A stretch of DNA of 64,000 nt from an uncultured Gammaproteobacteria bacterium. Lineage in GTDB: Bacteria > Pseudomonadota > Gammaproteobacteria > SZUA-229. The notes under the pieces are model-generated. The model did not search any database. It was given only the letters and a program-made list of their open reading frames with translations, and was not told where the DNA came from. The DNA lies in NCBI GenBank assembly GCA_963847575.1, contig CAWKAL010000045.1, positions 14,942 to 78,941 of the forward strand. Reading direction: 5' to 3'. Positions 61,448 to 64,000 of this stretch are shown piece by piece; position 1 is the first letter of the stretch, and each line of letters starts with the position of its first letter. Position numbers and translations under genes: made by a program.

Positions 61448-61918
61448 ATGACGCGTTACATATTTCTGCTGCTGTTACTCAGCATGCAATCCATCGCCTT
61501 TGCAGCTGAACCTGCGTGGGGCCGTGCAAAACTCACCGAGACCGAATACAAACCGCAGAAAGTGGTGTACGACGTTTCCGTAGACACCGTTAAAAAAGTG
61601 GAATCGGTCCTCGATCGCGCCAGTTACCTCAGCACCATCACCGGCGCCGACCCGTTCGATTCATCCATCGTGCTGGTATTGCACGGCAACGAGATCCCGT
61701 TCTTCGCTATCAAGAACAGCGAAAAATATCACGCTATCATGCAACGCGCCGCAAGCCTGGTCACCAGCGAAGTACTCAAAATCAAGATGTGCAAAATCGC
61801 CGCCGAAGGCAAGGGCCTGCAGCCGAAAGACATTCACGGCTTTGTCGAAATGGTGCCGATGGGCGATGCTGAAATTATTAGACTGCAAAACGAGGAAAAC
61901 CATGCCTATATGCGCTAA
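61448..61918 (+). CDS. DsrE/DsrF-like (YchN fold) family protein, putative; exported
   Basis: Start MTRYIFLLLLLSMQSIAFA (signal); ..VLVLHGNEIPFF...KMCKIAAEGKGL pattern reminiscent of the DsrE/DsrF-like family. Weak assignment. Confidence 0.4.
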   Translation: MTRYIFLLLLLSMQSIAFAAEPAWGRAKLTETEYKPQKVVYDVSVDTVKKVESVLDRASYLSTITGADPFDSSIVLVLHGNEIPFFAIKNSEKYHAIMQRAASLVTSEVLKIKMCKIAAEGKGLQPKDIHGFVEMVPMGDAEIIRLQNEENHAYMR

Positions 61919-62945
61919 CACCAGGACCGATCTATCTGTCGGCCTGCTACTCATCGGCCTTTCACTAGCTGCCTGCACACCTGAATCGGATTCTGATAAA
62001 TCAGCTGTCGCAGCTGCTGAAAAAACCATCGCCGTTTCAACTGACAAACTCGCCAGCTATGCGCCTATTTCAGTACCGATGGAAATCAAAAAGGTTTCCG
62101 AACACGTCTATTACGTAGAAGGTGAAGCCGGCATTGCCACCGATAACCAGGGCTTTATTTCCAACGCCGGTTTTGTAATCACCGGTGATGGCGTGGTGAT
62201 ATTTGATGCACTTGGTACGCCCTCGCTGGCCGCGCACATGGTGGCTGAAATTCGCAAGCTCACCGACCAGCCGATCAAGCGCGTCATTGTCAGCCATTAT
62301 CATGCTGATCATATTTATGGCCTGCAGGTGTTCGAAGAACTCGGCGCCAAAATCAGCGCACCCGAAGGCGCCTATGTCTACATCAATTCACCCCAGGCAA
62401 AGGAACGTCTCGAAGAACGCCAGTTCTCACTCGAACCGTGGGTGAATGAAAACACCCACGTGGTGTTGCCGGATGAAATTATCAGCACATCGAACAGCTT
62501 CAAAATGGGCGATGTCACATTCACCATTAACTACCAGGGCAAGGCACATTCAGACGGTGACATGGCCATGCTGGTCGAACCCGACAAGGTGCTGTTCTCC
62601 GGTGACATCATCTTCGAAGGCCGCGTGCCCTTTGTCGGCAATGCCGACACCAAACACTGGCTGCAGGTGATGGAAAAACTGGAAACCACCGGGCTGAACG
62701 TGCTCATCCCCGGCCACGGCCCGGCCTCGAAAAACCCGGCAAAAACCATCGCCCTCACCCGCAAATACCTCGCTTACATGCGCGAGAAAATGGGCGCGGC
62801 TGTGCAGGACTTTGAAGCCTTCGACGAAGTCTATGCAAACACCGACTGGTCCGAGTTTGAGAACCTGCCGGCGTTTGAAGCCGGTAACCGGATTAATGCC
62901 TACCAGGTGTATTTGTCGATGGAGGCGGAGTTGCTGGCAAAGTAA
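61902..62945 (+). CDS. MBL-fold metallo-hydrolase lipoprotein
   Basis: Start MPICANTRTDLSVGLLLIGLSLAAC (lipobox), 17-nt overlap with the upstream gene; HxHxDH motif SHYHADHIYG; later His/Asp ligands. Confidence 0.8.
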   Translation: MPICANTRTDLSVGLLLIGLSLAACTPESDSDKSAVAAAEKTIAVSTDKLASYAPISVPMEIKKVSEHVYYVEGEAGIATDNQGFISNAGFVITGDGVVIFDALGTPSLAAHMVAEIRKLTDQPIKRVIVSHYHADHIYGLQVFEELGAKISAPEGAYVYINSPQAKERLEERQFSLEPWVNENTHVVLPDEIISTSNSFKMGDVTFTINYQGKAHSDGDMAMLVEPDKVLFSGDIIFEGRVPFVGNADTKHWLQVMEKLETTGLNVLIPGHGPASKNPAKTIALTRKYLAYMREKMGAAVQDFEAFDEVYANTDWSEFENLPAFEAGNRINAYQVYLSMEAELLAK

Positions 62946-63458
62946 TTATTGTGAGTGGCAGGCAGGTGGCTGCGCTTCGACTGCGTCGGTGTTGTCAGTC
63001 GTGCGAATACGTCTTCTGCCTATCACCCCCAGGTTTTCGTAAATTCAGCCACCTCATTAACAGCTAGTCGGTGGCCTGAATGCGTCTTTATAAATCTCGC
63101 TACACGCTTTAGCTGTAGCGAGCGGCACTGTAGGACACCGCACAGGGTACTGTTTTTTTGAGATATATTTGTCACAGAAACAGGATAACTGATCATCCAT
63201 GCGCATCGCCCCTTTAGTCTTGAATTTGCAGCTCTACCGCAATTAGTATTATATTCCAGCATTGATATCGCCAAATGAAATACAGAATTCTGTATTTGTC
63301 AGTTTCAGGCACACCAGGTGACAGGGAAATAGTTTATGAAAACAAATGGATGCAACAATCTCTCAGACATATTCTCACGGGATATACAGAATTATGTAAT
63401 ATCCGATATACCTACCTTCTGCATAGTTAACTGTTATGCGTCTCGAGGGAAGTGCTGA

Positions 63459-63806
63459 GTGATAGTCTTTATTCTAATCGTGTCTGTTATTGCTATGGCA
63501 CTTATTCTTCCCGGGTGGCTTTGGGCAAAGAGACTACGGCCACAAAGTTTTTGGTTGCTATTCCTGCCTATTTTTGGCATTGCATTCTGGTTCTTTCTGG
63601 CTGTGTTACGCGTCGGACCGCAAAGCCTATCGAACCTAATCGAAATCCCAATGGTTGCAATCATTGCAGTCGCGGCGGCCTATCTTAAAATATTGGCTCT
63701 TGATACGCGTCTAAAAAAACATGCTCATGGGGTGGCAATTGCCTACGTAATTGTGGCTTTCGTTACTCTTGGGTTAAGACTGTTCATGCCGCTATTGCCG
63801 GAGTGA
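63459..63806 (+). CDS. small hypothetical membrane protein in an AT-rich segment
   Basis: 115 aa, 3-4 TM helices; local GC well below the window average; no motif. Confidence 0.4.
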   Translation: MIVFILIVSVIAMALILPGWLWAKRLRPQSFWLLFLPIFGIAFWFFLAVLRVGPQSLSNLIEIPMVAIIAVAAAYLKILALDTRLKKHAHGVAIAYVIVAFVTLGLRLFMPLLPE

Positions 63807-63937
63807 TAAATGAAACAAAGCAATGAAAAAACGCATAACAAGCGGGTCAACATGGACTGGCAATTCCGCTGCGCTACATTGCCATCCAGTTACCCTAGTC
63901 GTTATATATAGAGCACCAATTAAATGAGGGCGCCTTA

Positions 63938-64000
63938 TGATAAAGATTTCTGTAAGCATTGACGTCTCTAACTTGAAGCAAGCGGAGGCTTTTTATATTG
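63938..64000 (+). CDS. start of an ORF (MIKISVSIDVSNLKQAEAFYI..), possibly VOC/glyoxalase-fold; truncated by the window end
   Basis: Only 21 codons visible; N-terminal pattern resembles the VOC-family beta1 strand. Confidence 0.2.

Overview
This is a gammaproteobacterial-type chromosomal segment with compact housekeeping operons and several accessory inserts. Housekeeping loci: a citrate synthase fragment, erpA, a bactofilin, argC, hemJ, rppH, dcd, divergent apbC/metG, a complete rnfABCDGE-nth operon, a moxR-DUF58-DUF4381-batA-batB-batD aerotolerance operon, tamA-tamB and an OmpA-like lipoprotein. Accessory content: a pentaheme cytochrome c, a PEP-CTERM secreted protein, two GGDEF proteins with a MarR regulator, a TetR/ABC-2 exporter, a LysR/nitroreductase pair, an AlsS-like thiamine-pyrophosphate enzyme with an aldehyde dehydrogenase and an MQO-like flavoprotein, a ROK kinase, a PduO-type adenosyltransferase followed by a cobalamin riboswitch and btuB, a YeeE/YedE sulfur transporter, and a DsrE-like protein with an MBL-fold lipoprotein. 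Two things stand out. (1) A ribosomal-peptide (RiPP) cluster at 23.4-27.7 kb: a Sec-signal precursor with seven EGKCG-type cysteine repeats and its own terminator, an unusual membrane-anchored FMN/3Fe-4S glutamate-synthase-like oxidoreductase, DoxX, an MbnB-like DUF692 (MNIO) maturase and an MbnC-like DUF2063 partner. This matches the HvfA/bufferin-type metallophore architecture, except for the FMN enzyme. (2) Seven dispersed intergenic hairpin elements (about 104-230 bp) at 6.1, 22.8, 30.2, 37.4, 41.9, 43.0 and 47.1 kb. Their roughly 30-37 bp terminal inverted repeats are built from 2-3 tandem 8-10-nt units (CRCARAKGAA-like). The unit sequence differs between copies but matches between the two arms of each copy. 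One copy is nested, and two similar copies bracket the RiPP-containing 7.5 kb segment. At least nine single-base frame disruptions sit in otherwise conserved genes (bactofilin x2, PEP-CTERM protein, ALDH, btuB, batB, batD x2, tamA). This points to indel errors in the assembly, or less likely gene decay, so start and stop calls should be read with caution. No rRNA, tRNA or CRISPR array was seen. The last ~850 bp are AT-rich with palindromic operator-like sites.
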